64,000 nucleotides of DNA from Podarcis liolepis (taxonomy: Eukaryota), in assembly GCA_965112155.1 (NCBI GenBank), contig OZ218115.1; one strand, given 5' to 3'. The position numbers and the translations under genes were made by a program. Position 1 is the stretch's first letter; each line of letters starts with the position of its first letter. Positions 62,071 through 64,000 of this stretch are shown here, piece after piece. The notes under the pieces are model-generated. The model did not search any database, had not been told where the DNA came from, and worked only from the letters and a program-made list of their open reading frames with translations.

Positions 62071-63032
62071 ACTATCTCATACTTTATGTTAAACATACTG
62101 TAAAGGTAAATTGGAGGTTATAGGCCACCTTTAGTTCCTGTAGAAAGAATAAACAAATGAAATGTTCATCTCGTGCTGTAAGCAACTTCATGATGGTGAA
62201 GGTGAGAGTAGATACGCTAAGAAAAAAAGAGGTAGCCAAGCTAGTCTTAGCATGAGATGATCAAAGAAACAGTGGAAATAGTTGCTGAAAGCATTGGTGC
62301 AGGGAGAAGAATTACTTTTGTGTAATGGAATTGCAGTGCAAGCATAGCCAAAAAAAAGCCGGAACAACCTGGCAGACGTTTTGCAGAGAACATGGGCTTA
62401 ATTTCCCTTTTCCTCCATATCCTTTTTTATAAAAGAAGAATCTGTCTCTTGAATCTGCCTAAATATGACTAAGAAGACATTTCTGTGGAATAACCTTTCT
62501 AGAAGTAACAAAGCGTGATCTTCCTTAATTTGTTGATCCGAGTCTGCTCTCCCAATTAGTGTTTTAATTGCTGGCTTGAAACATTAATATCATTCAGAAA
62601 ATTCCACCATGGCACTTTGCCCCCAAGGTTTTCCGGGGAGAAAGGCATTACATTTAATTTATCTTTTCAAAAACAATTAGTTGTTTTGGAAACCTCAGTT
62701 GCACGCAAAGATTTCAAAGTGAGGTGCAGTCTGTAGAAAGTAGTGAGTTCATATGAATTGTCAAATTACTTTCATTTTTTGTATTCATGAGAAAGGACGG
62801 GGGCATTTTCATGCCTGTGAAATAATTATGACAATCCACATGACGTGGTTTTTTTCCTTTCAAACATGATTTCATCCTTCCATTGAGAAGGTTTGGCTGG
62901 GATTATCTCCATTTGACAAGAAGGGGTGGTACTGCTCCCTGTCACCATTGCTACCTTACTGGAGCACTCCCGAAACAGGAACAGGCACAGTGCTTCCCAA
63001 ACAATGGTGGGCAGGAAGTTGAAGAAGAAGAA

Positions 63033-63112
63033 GAATTTATTTATTTATACCCCACCCATCTGGCTGGGTTTCCCCAGCCAGACTGGGCAGCTCCCAGCAT
63101 AATATTATTATT

Positions 63113-63151
<39 letters not shown>

Positions 63152-63507
63152 GCAATAAAACATCAAACATTAAAATCTTCCCTAAACAGGGCTGCCTTCA
63201 GATGTCTTCTAAAAGTCAGAAAGTTGTTTATTTCTTTGAAATCTGATGGGAGGGTGTTCCACAGGGTGGGCACCATTGCCTGGTTCCCTGTAACCTCACT
63301 TCTCGCAGTGAGGGAACTGCCAAAAGGCCCTCGGTGCTGGATCTCAGTGTCCGGGCTGAACGATGGGAGTGGAGACGCTCCTTCAGGTATACTGAGCCAA
63401 GGCAGTTTAGGGCTTTAAAGGTCAGCACCAACACTTTGAATTGTGTTCGGAAACATACTGGGAGCCAATGTAGGTCTTTCAGGACCAGTGTTATATGGTC
63501 TCAGCGG
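63033..63507 (-). mobile_element. L2-clade LINE 3' fragment
   Basis: Reverse-complement similarity to 18371; ORF 63228-63434 VLTFKALNCLGSVYLKERL. Confidence 0.86.
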
Positions 63508-64000
63508 AATGTCACAAGTGCTTCATCCACTAATACTGGCCATGTTGCTGGCTCCATTGAGTTGAATCACAGACCAGTGAGCCAGTGGAATGGTGGTTTA
63601 CCACCTCTGCCATATAATAAGAACTGGATTTTGGCCACTTCTCAATGTTATAGGAACTCCATTCGTCTCCACCCCCCACCCCCTACAGGGAACCAGAGCC
63701 CTAAGCTGAGTGTATTTCAGGAGAAATGTGTGGCTATTACATTTAATAACAATATTATTAACTTATTTTTTACACTTTCCCTTTTTATCGCTGTGATCTG
63801 GACAGTTTTAAAAGACTCTGAAAAGTAACTGTTGTGTAATAATAAACAAACAAACAAAAGAAATGCCCCACAATTTTTTTCAGCAATTCCCACCCCACCT
63901 TGAAAGGCATCATTTCCTGAAGGAGGTGTTCAGCATATGTCTCCAACAAGCCTTTACCAGCCACAGATGACAAGCTTTTGCCAAGTCTTTAAAACTTCTT

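Noticed and set aside
1-64000. CRISPR arrays, rRNA genes or a native multi-exon host gene
   Set aside because: No repeat-spacer array or rRNA similarity seen, and no non-TE ORF with recognisable homology. Short exons could have been missed without alignment.

Overview
Vertebrate nuclear DNA, almost certainly from a squamate lizard and probably a lacertid, judged from Sauria SINEs, BovB/RTE, L2 with (TTA)n tails, CR1, Penelope remnants and many hAT and pogo/Tigger-type MITEs. I could not recognise a native host protein-coding exon, so the window looks intronic or intergenic. Three things stand out. (1) A young ~5.1-kb Ngaro-type tyrosine-recombinase retrotransposon (48247-53390, minus strand). 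It has split direct repeats A1-[gag, RT/RNase H, YR, SGNH hydrolase]-B1-A2-spacer-B2 and an ATT core at both ends and at the internal junction. The YR and hydrolase frames lack a suitable N-terminal ATG, but each is preceded by a phase-1 splice-acceptor-like site. (2) A 1.44-kb non-autonomous hAT element (13025-14461; perfect 15-bp TIRs, 8-bp TSD) nested inside a solo LTR. It carries what looks like a captured host CpG-island, possibly bidirectional, promoter with first exon(s), i.e. a Pack-TIR-like gene-fragment capture. (3) Two Penelope-like remnants, each with an intact minimal type-I hammerhead ribozyme motif. Family names come from motif recognition only; no database search was run.
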